Part shown: positions 38,525 to 47,837 of the stretch, piece after piece
Layout of the letters: each line of letters begins with the position of its first letter
Numbering within the stretch: position 1 is the first letter of the stretch
NCBI GenBank assembly: GCA_026991575.1
Contig: JALXBF010000116.1
Coordinates: forward strand, 64,495 to 128,494
Direction: 5' to 3'
DNA length: 64,000 bases
Origin: Planctomycetota bacterium
GTDB taxonomy: Bacteria; Planctomycetota; Planctomycetia; JALXBF01
The notes under the pieces: model-generated
Seen by the model: only the letters and a program-made list of their open reading frames with translations
What the model was told of the DNA's origin: nothing
The model's database searches: none
Made by a program: the position numbers and the translations under genes

Positions 38525-39802
38525 ATGCACAGGACAGCACTACGTTGTCTGCGCGCGATTCCCGCGACTGTCAGCGTTTTCGTGGCGGCGTACTTGCTGC
38601 TGGCTGGTTCTTCCCCGCTACCAGCAGGCACCGGGCCAGCGACACCGCAAGTGCCTGTCGAGCATAGCGTCTCCGTTCCCGCCCAACTGCACAACCCTGA
38701 GTGGGTCCGCGAGAAGGTCCTGGGTACGGTAAACGAACGGGCAGTCGGCAAGCACGCCGATTTCGACAGCTACTACAGCAGCCGCATGAAATCCGCCCGT
38801 GGCTACGCCCTCGAAGCCGAGTCTACGATCACGGTCAACTCCCGAATGCGTGCGACGGGTAAGCCGATACGGTGGATTCCGTCGGCAACCATCAACGGTC
38901 GCCACAGTACCATCGACATCTATGAAGTGGATATTGCCACAGGGAAGGTTCTCCGAAGGATTCAGGCGAAAGCCGGGGCGAACGCAGCCTGGCAGGCCCT
39001 GACTGACGCCAAGTACGAGAACATGCACATTCTCACCACCCAGGAATCGTACCGGCAACTCGAGCGAGAGCTGAAGCGGGTCGAGGCCCGTGGCAAACCA
39101 CTGAACTCCAAGTACGCCGCCCTCAAGAAGGCTATCCAAACTGGCCGGCTCATGCGCAGGCTGCCTTGCGGCGCTCCCCTACCCGAGGCATCACACCTCG
39201 ATAACGTGGCGCGCGCTTACTTACAGAAACACTGGAAACTGGCACTCCGCGTACGCGCCGGTGCTTCCGCTAGACCGGCAACGGCTCGAGCAGCCGCGAC
39301 GGCCACCAAGGCCCCCACGAGCAACGCCGCCAAAGCCCCCGGACGTTCCCCGACGCAGACCGGAGCGCGGAAGCCAGCCGGCTCCGTAAAGGCGCGCACG
39401 GTTAGCGTACCGAAAAGCCGGGTACGAACCCCGACGCCATCCACGACCTTAACGAAGTCCGCGGTCCGGCGCACGCGCATCTGGCAGCAGGTCGGCAAGC
39501 AGGCAACCAGGGTGACCAAGGCAGCACCAATGGTTGTCCTCACCGTAGAGGCGACACGAGTTGGCTACCACGCGTACCGGGGCGACATGAGGAGTGCCAC
39601 GAAGGCTGCAAGCGGAGCCGCGGGCGGCATAGCAGGTGCCAAGGCGGGTGCCGTTGCCGGAGCAACCATCGGTTCGGTTGCTGGCCCCGCTGGTGCCCTG
39701 ATTGGCGGAGCGGTCGGTGCCGTGGTTGGAGGCGTGGGTGGCGCGGTAGCCGCAGAAAAGGTAGGAGAGAAGATCTACGACTGGGTCACCAGTTGGTGGT
39801 AA
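38525..39802 (+). CDS. secreted hypothetical protein with an Ala/Thr/Lys/Arg-rich linker and a C-terminal glycine-zipper segment
   Basis: ATG 38525 is preceded by a GGAGGA Shine-Dalgarno and followed by a signal peptide (MHRTALRCLRAIPATVSVFVAAYLLLAG). A globular region of about 200 aa has no recognisable motif. The C-terminus reads GAAGGIAGAKAGAVAGATIGSVAGPAGALIGGAVGAVVGGVGG...WVTSWW, a GxxxG zipper. Confidence 0.5.
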   Translation: MHRTALRCLRAIPATVSVFVAAYLLLAGSSPLPAGTGPATPQVPVEHSVSVPAQLHNPEWVREKVLGTVNERAVGKHADFDSYYSSRMKSARGYALEAESTITVNSRMRATGKPIRWIPSATINGRHSTIDIYEVDIATGKVLRRIQAKAGANAAWQALTDAKYENMHILTTQESYRQLERELKRVEARGKPLNSKYAALKKAIQTGRLMRRLPCGAPLPEASHLDNVARAYLQKHWKLALRVRAGASARPATARAAATATKAPTSNAAKAPGRSPTQTGARKPAGSVKARTVSVPKSRVRTPTPSTTLTKSAVRRTRIWQQVGKQATRVTKAAPMVVLTVEATRVGYHAYRGDMRSATKAASGAAGGIAGAKAGAVAGATIGSVAGPAGALIGGAVGAVVGGVGGAVAAEKVGEKIYDWVTSWW

Positions 39803-40454
39803 GCCGCCCGTGACCGAAGGCGCTACGCCGCTGACAGACTGCGTCCGGCCCGGTGTTCCTGCAGCTGGCTCTGCTCCATCCCCGGGGAGTCCGCGGCAGG
39901 AACCACCGGGCCCAATGGACGCCGCTGGCGGCAGTCGTGCTGCGCGGACAGGAACTACGATCACGACCGAGACGCCTTCAGCGACTCCCCCGCCTACGCG
40001 CCGCAGTAGCAAGCTCGACGCGGCAACCCGTCCGACGAGCCGAATGGATTTGTCCGCAGGGCGCCCGCTTGCTCCTGGACATGCCCGGTTGGCCTGCCCG
40101 CCTCCCAGCGGCGCGTGCAAACCCAGGGTAGGTCGCTGTCAGAGAGGAAAACAGCCGCGTTAGGCCATCTGGGACCGATGCCCGTGTGGGCCCGCGATGT
40201 GCTGTGGCAGTTGGCCGAGTCGCACCGCAGGTGCCCAGCCCGGTTCCGGGCAACGCGGTCAGACGAGTGGCTGGACGGCCGCACGCCGGCACCAGAACGA
40301 CCGCGGAGCTTCGGTCGTAGCGAACGGGAGCTTCCGGCATCGCCGCCAGCACAGCCAGACCAAGAAGGGTCATTGCGCTTGCGCGGGCACGGTTGCGTGT
40401 ATCGCATGCCTTGGCGCGAGCTGCGGCGTGGCACAGCCCATTCGTGAACGGTGC

Positions 40455-40485
40455 GCAAAGAAAAACGGCACCCGCGCCGGGTGCC
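40455..40485 (-). terminator. intrinsic terminator after tRNA-Glu (GGCACCCG-CGC-CGGGUGCC stem-loop plus U-tract)
   Basis: An 8-bp GC stem lies at 40467-40485. On the minus strand it is followed by GUUUUUCUUU (plus-strand 40457-40466). Confidence 0.6.
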
Positions 40486-40488
40486 GAA

Positions 40489-40561
40489 TACCCCCAGCGG
40501 GACTCGAACCCGCGTCTCCTGGCTGAGAACCAGGTATCCTAGGCCGCTAGACGATGGGGGC
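40489..40561 (-). tRNA. tRNA-Glu (anticodon CTC)
   Basis: Manual fold: acceptor GCCCCCA/UGGGGGU, anticodon stem CCUGG/CCAGG with loop UUCUCAG, T-arm GCGGGUUCGAGUCCCGC. CCA is not encoded. Confidence 0.8.
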
Positions 40562-40934
40562 ACCTTGTCGGTTCAGCCGCATTATTGGCCGTGCCTGTCT
40601 GAGCGTCAAGTGCGGTGCGCTTGATTCGCCCCGTGGCCGGCCCGGATCCCGGTAACCGACCGTACCCCGGAGGTGGCCGAGCCTGCCGACCATCGCAGGC
40701 TGGTTCTGCCAGGCCCCGCCAACAGCACGCAAACGGAAGTTCATGGTGCCGCCCCCTCTCCCACCCGGTGATCGAGTTTCTGTTGGGCCGCGCGGAAACC
40801 TAGCAGCTCGGCGTTCTGCATCACTCGTCGCCGCCCGTTCTTGATCGCTTGAGTAGCACCGGACAGGCTCGCCGACGGCTACAATGAGCTAGGCGATGTA
40901 GCGTCCACCCGGCTTCGGGCGAGGCAAGGGTTTC

Positions 40935-41045
40935 ATGCAAGACCGCAAGGGTAAAACGATGGACGTCCTCGTGTTGCTTGCATTTCTCGCAGCGTGGTTC
41001 GTGCTGGTCGTTTTCGTGCTCCCTCGCTTCGGCGTCTCGACGTGA
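40935..41045 (+). CDS. possible 36-aa single-pass membrane peptide (not in the ORF track)
   Basis: It translates to MQDRKGKTMDVLVLLAFLAAWFVLVVFVLPRFGVST, with AAGGG 7 nt upstream as a weak Shine-Dalgarno. It lies in the otherwise empty 600-bp gap between tRNA-Glu and the GT1 gene. Confidence 0.25.
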   Translation: MQDRKGKTMDVLVLLAFLAAWFVLVVFVLPRFGVST

Positions 41046-41178
41046 CTGACCGAATGCGGGCCCGGTGCGGGCTCCGAAATTGAGCAGTCGCAGGTTGAAT
41101 CCCAGCCGGACCGGGGACAGCACGCGGTAGAGCAGCACCGAACGCAGCCGTAGCCGGTTCGAGTGGTACGGCCGGCTA

Positions 41179-42456
41179 TTGCTTGGTTACATGGCAGCCA
41201 CGACGGCCTACTCGGTCATCACCGCAAATGGCCTGCTCGGCGGGGTTGGCGTCTGGTCCCTGCGCCTGTCTGAATGGTCCGCAGCACATCGCTCGAGCGT
41301 TCGCTGGGTAACTGTTGTGCTGCGGAATGAATACACCGAAGATCAGACTGGCTGGTTCCTGCCCGAAGCCTTTCCGAACGTAACGTTCTGGGACTATAGC
41401 GCCCTGGACCAGAAGCCACGGCTGCTTCGCGCCTTGGCCGAGTACCTGGCCGAAGCCGACGTGGTCTTGCCCAACTACGTGGTCGCAGCGTGGGACGCGG
41501 TGGCCATGCTGAAGCAAGTCAGGAATTGTCGCTCTCTGCCGCGTGTGATCGGCGTCTGTCACTCCGACCACGAACTCTTCTACCGCTGGATCCGCGACTT
41601 CGGTCCAACGCTCGATGCGGCGGTTGCCGTCAGCCGCCACTGTCTGCAGGAGCTCAGAGCGCGCTGCGAACTGACTGACGTACCGCTGCACCAGCTGCCG
41701 TACGGCGTCCCGGTGCCGCCCGTTGTTGAGGACCGCCCCCCTGCTCCGCCGCTGCGGCTGGTCTATGTAGGCCGTCTCTCGGAGCGGCAGAAGCGTGTCT
41801 CGCTCCTTGTTCGGCTAGCCGAAGAGCTGTTACGGCGGAGGTGCCCGTTCGCGCTGGAAGTCTACGGAGACGGGCCGGACCGAGAGGCTTTGGTGGCTGC
41901 GCTTCGGAAAGGTCCGCACGACCTCATGCAGCTTCGTGAGCCGCTCGCCTACGGGCAACTGAACGAGGCGTTCAAATCGGCGCACGTGCAGCTGTTGCTG
42001 TCCGATCACGAGGGGCTTCCGATCGCGTTGCTGGAAGGGATGGCGCACGGCGTCGTGCCGGTTGCGACGGCCATCGCGAGCGGCATCCCGGAGCTGATTT
42101 CGTCGGGGACCAATGGCTTCACTGTTCCGGTTGATGATCCAGTCCCGTCGGCGGCGGAGTTGCTCACCGAGTTAGTGCGAGCGCCGGAGAAGCTGGCTGA
42201 GCTTTCCGCTGCTGCTCGCGCGACGGTCTTGAACTACTACAGTTTGGATCGAGTAGCGCCGCAATGGTTGGAGCTGGTCGCGTCGCTACGGGCTGTGCCC
42301 GCTCGGGTGGCACCGTCCAGCTGGCGCCCCCCTGTGCCTACCGGGTTCGGGCGGACGTCCGTTCTGGACCGGACGTGGCTGCCGCGGGGGCTGGTCCTGT
42401 GGCTACGTCACCTGCGGCACCGCCGCAACAGGTCCTCACAGAGACGGGCGCGCTAG
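41179..42456 (+). CDS. glycosyltransferase family 1 (GT4-type)
   Basis: It has the GT-B C-terminal motif (EGLPIALLEGMAHGVVPVATAIASGIPELI...GTNGF). The 3' end overlaps the convergent GT2 gene, so the true stop is uncertain. Confidence 0.75.
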   Translation: MLGYMAATTAYSVITANGLLGGVGVWSLRLSEWSAAHRSSVRWVTVVLRNEYTEDQTGWFLPEAFPNVTFWDYSALDQKPRLLRALAEYLAEADVVLPNYVVAAWDAVAMLKQVRNCRSLPRVIGVCHSDHELFYRWIRDFGPTLDAAVAVSRHCLQELRARCELTDVPLHQLPYGVPVPPVVEDRPPAPPLRLVYVGRLSERQKRVSLLVRLAEELLRRRCPFALEVYGDGPDREALVAALRKGPHDLMQLREPLAYGQLNEAFKSAHVQLLLSDHEGLPIALLEGMAHGVVPVATAIASGIPELISSGTNGFTVPVDDPVPSAAELLTELVRAPEKLAELSAAARATVLNYYSLDRVAPQWLELVASLRAVPARVAPSSWRPPVPTGFGRTSVLDRTWLPRGLVLWLRHLRHRRNRSSQRRAR

Positions 42457-43861
42457 GCAGCAGTAGATCGGGGGACACCGGCAGCAGGTCGGCCGATGGC
42501 ACCAATCGAATGGCGCCCGGCCGCAGCCTGGCCAGCCATGCGGGCGTCGGCTCACCGCGCGGAGGCACCCAGAAGAAAGCAGATGGGCCACCGTTGAGCA
42601 CGGCACAGGCCTGCCGCCAGCTCAATGGGCCCTGCCACAGCACGACCTTGCCATGGATTGCCTGCGGTACCAGGTCCTTCGCCGGCGTCTGGCACCGTAT
42701 TGCCTCTCGTCGCGCGCGGCCGGGACGCCGCGCAGCTGTCTGCCGCAACTGCTCCACCCACGGGTGATTGGCCACCACGGTCCGGATCGAGTCCAGCTGC
42801 CATCGGGTTGCCGCCAGGAACTGACGTGCTCGCTGGTGGTACCAGCGACAGGGAACGCGGGCCCAGCCGTAACGAAGCACGAGACTCTTGAGCTCCGGCG
42901 TACTCAGCGACAGCCCGGCGGCAAGCTTCCGTTCGCTGATGCGCTGCGCCCGGCGTGCCGTCTGAACGTCGCCGGCCAACCAAGCCCAGGCAGCCAGCTC
43001 GGCCGTGGCCAGAGCAAGCCGTGCGCGAAGCGTCTCGGGTGGCAGCTTCCAGGCCGACGCGCGTGCGATCAGGTAGCGTTGCACGGCGGCGATACCGGCC
43101 GCCTGAGAACGTGCCCGCGCCAGCGAGTAGCGCGCACCGTGGCTGCGGAAGTGGTACAGCGGCTCGGCAATGTGGTAGAAGCGATGGCCACGCTCGGCTA
43201 AGCGGACCCAGAGCCAGTAGTCCTCAGGCGGTTCGGTGTACGGCCGACGCTCCGCTACGGCGCTACGGCGGATGAGCACGGTACCGTGTACGATCGGATT
43301 GCGCACCAGGAGTTCAGCGAGCGGATTGGCTGCGTCCCAGTCCGGGAACCGCTCGATCCGATTGCCGGCTTCGTCTACAACCCACGCTCCACAACTGACG
43401 ACGGCCACCTCAGGATGTTTCTCGGCGACCTCCACCTGGCGGCGCAGACGCGTCGGGTCGCTCCAGTCGTCAGCATCCATTCGAGCCACCAGCGGGGCGG
43501 TGGCAGCGGCCCAACCGGTATTGAGGGCCTCGATAAGCCCCAGGTGAGGCTGCCGGAGGACACGAACACGGCCGTCGCAACGAGCGAAGCGGGCAAGGAT
43601 TCTGGGAGTCTCGTCGGTGGACCCGTCGTCGACGACGATCAGTTCCAGCTGACGCAGCTCCTGCCCCAGTACGCTACGGACCGCCTCTGCCACATGGGCT
43701 GCGCCGTTGTAGACCGGCATGACCACACTGACACGCGGTCGGAACAGGAGCCGCTGCGGCTGATACAGCAAGCATTGCACGCGGCCGTCAGGGCGGGTCC
43801 ACGTTGCAAGCATGAGCGTCGTTGCGCCGTGGGAGCCGGAATTGTTGGTTGAACGGTCCAC
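42338..43861 (-). CDS. glycosyltransferase family 2 with C-terminal extension
   Basis: The GT-A N-terminus reads VSVVMPVYNGAAHVAEAVRSVLGQ...LIVVDDGSTDET and has a DxD motif (RMDADD). The C-terminal 250 aa or so are of unknown function. Confidence 0.75.
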   Translation of the reverse strand: MDRSTNNSGSHGATTLMLATWTRPDGRVQCLLYQPQRLLFRPRVSVVMPVYNGAAHVAEAVRSVLGQELRQLELIVVDDGSTDETPRILARFARCDGRVRVLRQPHLGLIEALNTGWAAATAPLVARMDADDWSDPTRLRRQVEVAEKHPEVAVVSCGAWVVDEAGNRIERFPDWDAANPLAELLVRNPIVHGTVLIRRSAVAERRPYTEPPEDYWLWVRLAERGHRFYHIAEPLYHFRSHGARYSLARARSQAAGIAAVQRYLIARASAWKLPPETLRARLALATAELAAWAWLAGDVQTARRAQRISERKLAAGLSLSTPELKSLVLRYGWARVPCRWYHQRARQFLAATRWQLDSIRTVVANHPWVEQLRQTAARRPGRARREAIRCQTPAKDLVPQAIHGKVVLWQGPLSWRQACAVLNGGPSAFFWVPPRGEPTPAWLARLRPGAIRLVPSADLLPVSPDLLLPSAPVSVRTCCGGAAGDVATGPAPAAATSGPERTSARTR

Positions 43862-43922
43862 TCACTGGGCGCTGCTCTACGAAGCGCGGACGCCTGAGCC
43901 TTGTCGATCCAGCAGCTCCCAG

Positions 43923-46013
43923 TCAACGGCTGCCGCTGGCGGCAAGCTCATGGTTCAGTGAGCGGACGTAGTCGGTCATGATCTGCAGCACTTCGCGGTT
44001 GTAGAAGTCTTCCGGATCAAAGACCGGCTCGTCCAGCGTGCCGTTCAGCTTTTCGATCAGTTCCCGATCGTCCTCGTCCGTGCCCGTCTCGACCTCGGCG
44101 CGGTACTTGTCGATGTGGAGCGGGATGCTCTTGCGCTGGCGCCGCGCCTCAAGCACGGCAATACGGCGAACCAGCTTGCGGAAATCTTCCGACTCTTCCA
44201 CCCGCTTCGCCGACCGTTGTCTCAGCACCGCTACGATGCTCTCTGGCACGAGATTCATCCGCTCGTACTCGGCCGGAGCAACCCGGCTAAACGGCAGCGC
44301 GTGATCCAGGTACCGCTCGCCAATTTCCATGTGGTCGTACGGTGAGGGCAGAACGATGTCAGATTGGACCCCTCGATTTTGTGTGCTATCGCCGTTGACG
44401 CGGTAAAACTCCTGGATGGTGATCTTCAGCGCCCCGAAGGTCGGCTTGCGGCCTGGCTCGCCGCGAAGCATCTGCCGGTCGAGGTCGATGATCGTCTGCA
44501 CGGTGCCTTTGCCATGCGTATGCTCGTCACCGACGATCAGAGCCCGGCCGTAGTCCTGCATGGCACCGGCGAAGATTTCCGAGGCGCTTGCGCTGAAGCG
44601 GTTCACGAGCACCAGCATCGGGCCATCGTAGACCATGCCCGGGTACGTGTCGTCGTAGGCCCGCACCTGACCGCGGAAGTTCTTGACCTGGACCACGGGG
44701 CCTGAATCGATGAAGAGGCTGACCATGCCGATCGCCTCGCTCAGCGCCCCGCCGCCGTTGAACCGGAGATCGAGAATGAGGCCGTCGAGCTTCTGGCCGC
44801 TCTGAGCCTCGTGCACCTTGAACCGCTCGATGATCGCTCGAACATCGCGCGTGGTGCTCCGTGCGTCATCCCGGCCAGCGTTGGCCGCGGCAATGTCCAG
44901 GTAGAACGATGGCAACCGGACAACGCCAAAGCGGTATGGCGTACCGTCTGGTTTGCGGCCAAACGTCACGATCTCCCCTTTCGCGGCCTGCGTCTGGATA
45001 TCGACCTTGTCGCGCACCAGGCGGATGATCTTCGGCTTGCCCCCGTCAGCAGGCACGACGCGCAGTCGCACCACGGTGCCGCGCGGACCGCGGATGAGCT
45101 TGACAACATCCGGCAGGCGTCGGTCCACGACATCGACAAACTCACCCTCATCACCCTGGGCTACCCCGATGATCTTGTCCCCCGGCTTGAGGCGACCGTC
45201 GCGCGCTGCGGGTCCACCCGGCAGAACCTTGTCCACGATTGTGTAGCCTTCTTCCCAGCGAAGCTGGGCCCCGATGCCTTCCAGGTGGAGCCGCATGTTG
45301 ATGTTGAAGTCCTCAAACGTATCAGCCGACATGTACGATGTGTGCGGATCATAGACATTAGCTAACGACGTGAGATATTCCTCTAGCACGTCGTTTGGCT
45401 TGGTCTGCTTGACCATCTTCAGGTATGTCTCGTACCGCTTCCGAACCTTGGCGACAGCCTTCTCGTAGTCGCCTACGTCGCGGGCAATCATCTCACGGAG
45501 CACTTCGTACTTGAGTCGCTTGCGCCAGCGCTGGCGGATTTCGCCCTCGTCGGCCGGGTAGTCCAGGCGATCGGCATCGGTGAGCAGGTACTCGTCGATC
45601 GTGAAATCAAACCCCCGCTCCAGCAGCTCCTGCACCAGCTCGACGCGCTCCTCCACCCGCTGGAGGTACCGGTTGTATACGTCGAACCCGAACTTCACAT
45701 CGCCCTGTTTGACCTCGTCGTCCAGGAGGGTGGCGTGCGCCTCGAACTCGCGGACATCCGCCTTCGTGAAGTACATCTTCCCTGGATCGAGCTTCTTCAA
45801 GTACTGCCGGAAGAATTCGCGCGACAGGCTGTCATCGAGCGGCTTGCGGCTGAGGTGAACGTGCTCCAAGAAGTAGGCAACCGTCTGGGCGATGATCCCG
45901 TGAACCCGGGACGGGGCCCCAACATCCGCCTGCAGGTGCCACGCCGCGGCGCCGAGAGCCAAGCCAACAGGAACGATCAATACGCCCGCGTACTGCTTGA
46001 GCAAACGACTCAT
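43923..46013 (-). CDS. prc: S41 family tail-specific (C-terminal processing) protease
   Basis: A PDZ segment (KPGDKIIGVAQGD...GPRGTVVRLRV) precedes the S41 catalytic region with the nucleophile in GFDFTIDEY...VNRFSASASEIFAGAMQDYGRALIVGDEHTHGKGTVQ. The start was set at ATG 46013 (MSRLLKQYAGVLIV). Confidence 0.85.
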   Translation of the reverse strand: MSRLLKQYAGVLIVPVGLALGAAAWHLQADVGAPSRVHGIIAQTVAYFLEHVHLSRKPLDDSLSREFFRQYLKKLDPGKMYFTKADVREFEAHATLLDDEVKQGDVKFGFDVYNRYLQRVEERVELVQELLERGFDFTIDEYLLTDADRLDYPADEGEIRQRWRKRLKYEVLREMIARDVGDYEKAVAKVRKRYETYLKMVKQTKPNDVLEEYLTSLANVYDPHTSYMSADTFEDFNINMRLHLEGIGAQLRWEEGYTIVDKVLPGGPAARDGRLKPGDKIIGVAQGDEGEFVDVVDRRLPDVVKLIRGPRGTVVRLRVVPADGGKPKIIRLVRDKVDIQTQAAKGEIVTFGRKPDGTPYRFGVVRLPSFYLDIAAANAGRDDARSTTRDVRAIIERFKVHEAQSGQKLDGLILDLRFNGGGALSEAIGMVSLFIDSGPVVQVKNFRGQVRAYDDTYPGMVYDGPMLVLVNRFSASASEIFAGAMQDYGRALIVGDEHTHGKGTVQTIIDLDRQMLRGEPGRKPTFGALKITIQEFYRVNGDSTQNRGVQSDIVLPSPYDHMEIGERYLDHALPFSRVAPAEYERMNLVPESIVAVLRQRSAKRVEESEDFRKLVRRIAVLEARRQRKSIPLHIDKYRAEVETGTDEDDRELIEKLNGTLDEPVFDPEDFYNREVLQIMTDYVRSLNHELAASGSR

Positions 46014-46307
46014 GGAATCTCCCCTGTTCTCGTTTGTCCGGCACGGTCCCTGCCCCCTGGGCTCCACGATCCGGAGCTGCCGACGTGGCACGGACACAGG
46101 AGGTTCTCCCAAATTGTACCTTTCCGCGTCTGATCCACCAGCGCTGCGCCCCGTGCGCCGGCCGGCGGGCAGCGTTGTCGCCGCAGACGTCACCGCAACG
46201 GCACGACCGGTCCTATGAGCGTCTCGACCACAGGAAATCGGCCGATTAAGCCCCGTGGGGCAGTCGAGACAATCGGTCGTGCGGCCAAGCGCCCGATGGG
46301 TGCTACG

Positions 46308-47192
46308 CTAGGTCTGCCAGCGGCGGCGTCGGTTCAACAGTCCCTGCATGTAGTCAGCGATGACGTGCGGCCCTGCGCCCAGCTCCGCGGCAATCGCCCG
46401 TAGCCGCTCTCGGACCACGCCGATCGACTCCGGACGTTGCTGTGGCTTCTCCGCGCAGCAGGCGCGCACCAACGCCGCCAACCGCTCGGGAACCTCCGGG
46501 TTCATCTCGCGCACGTCTCGTAGCGTCATGCCGCTGAGGCCGATAGCGTGGCCGTCAGCACGCTGGGACCGCATCGTTCCGGTCAGCAGTCGATGCGCCA
46601 GGACCCCAAAGTTATAGATGTCTGTCTTGGGCGTCACCCGGCGGTGCATCACCTGCTCGGGCGCCAGATAGCCACGCGTTCCCTGGATCCGCTGCTTGTT
46701 CTGCCCTCGGATCCAGGCCAGGCCAAAGTCGATCACTTTCACGCCTCCCTGCCAGTCGACAACGATGTTGTTCGGCTTCAGGTCTGCGTGGCAGACCCCG
46801 CGCTCGTGCATGTGCTCCATAGCAGCAGCGACTTCGCTCAGCACAGCTACGGCCACCGGGATCGTCGGCTGGAGCTGCTCCAGCACCTGGCCATCCACGT
46901 ATTCCAGCAACGTACGTACCTCCCGGATCCCGAACCAGCCCCAGCGCCGCCTGAGCAGGATGTCGAACGCCTTCAGGATGTTCGGATGGCTAAGCCGGCG
47001 GACCACCTCGTACTCGTGGATCGCCTGATCCACGTATTTCTGGTCCTCGGCGCTGTCGCGTTTCACGACCTTCAAGGCGTACCGTCGCCCACTGGCCGGG
47101 TCCCGCGCCAGAAACACTTCGCTACCGGCACCCCGGCCGATGGGCCGAACGATCTGGACGCGCTGGATCAGGCTACCTTCTGTCGTGGTCAT
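46308..47192 (-). CDS. Hanks-type Ser/Thr protein kinase (kinase domain only, non-RD)
   Basis: It has the glycine loop IGRGAGSEV, the lysine motif YALKVVK, the catalytic loop HADLKPNN (HAD rather than HRD), DFG and APE. Confidence 0.8.
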   Translation of the reverse strand: MTTTEGSLIQRVQIVRPIGRGAGSEVFLARDPASGRRYALKVVKRDSAEDQKYVDQAIHEYEVVRRLSHPNILKAFDILLRRRWGWFGIREVRTLLEYVDGQVLEQLQPTIPVAVAVLSEVAAAMEHMHERGVCHADLKPNNIVVDWQGGVKVIDFGLAWIRGQNKQRIQGTRGYLAPEQVMHRRVTPKTDIYNFGVLAHRLLTGTMRSQRADGHAIGLSGMTLRDVREMNPEVPERLAALVRACCAEKPQQRPESIGVVRERLRAIAAELGAGPHVIADYMQGLLNRRRRWQT

Positions 47193-47837
47193 CGCCTCCG
47201 GATAGCTCTGGTTCGTGCCGCGACTGTCAGGCTCACTGCTGTTGCTACGCGATCTACGCGGACAAGTTTACGCGATCACTGCCGCCGAGCGGTCGTCCCG
47301 ATCGGGGCGAAGCCGCGACGGGCACTTTGCCGATAAGGCTTGCAGAGGCCACCAGGGGCTTGCGCCGGCTTCGCGCGACAGGCACAATCGTTACAGCCGT
47401 GCAGGCCGGTCCTTAAAGTCACGTTGCGGGGCTTCGCACCACAAACGATAGTTGGGTAGCAGAAGAGCCGGTGAACACCTGCAGCACAGAGCTTGCGTGA
47501 GGTTCCGGAGACAGCCCCATGACGGTGCAACTCCATCGCCACCGCCGCACGGGTCAGCTGTACGTCATTCGCCGCGAGGAGGTGCGTGAGGACGGGGTTT
47601 GGTTTGTGTGCGAGTGGGTGGACGTGAGATCCGGCGTGCTGCTGCATACGGGGCATATCGAACGGATCCGCCCCCGAGCTCTGCAGCCAGCCCGGTGCGA
47701 TGTGGTCGTAGAGATTGAGAGCTGGCGCTAGCCGTCACCGCCCCCTGCCGCTGTTCTTCTCCCGATCCGGTCGTGCCAACCGCCTCCCGTATACTTAGTG
47801 CTACATGCCCCGACGATTGATCCGGGAGGTCCAGCCG

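Noticed and set aside
40467-40485. Treating the GC hairpin next to tRNA-Glu as part of a second tRNA
   Set aside because: It has no cloverleaf. It is a simple 8-bp stem followed by a U-tract on the minus strand, so it was annotated as the tRNA terminator.
37410-40561. Integrated mobile element or prophage remnant at tRNA-Glu
   Set aside because: No integrase, transposase, phage structural gene or visible direct repeat of the tRNA 3' end was found, and GC content is similar to the flanks. It is kept only as a speculative islet under findings.
39994-40563. 189-aa minus-strand ORF
   Set aside because: It runs through the tRNA-Glu gene and its terminator, with no supporting motifs.
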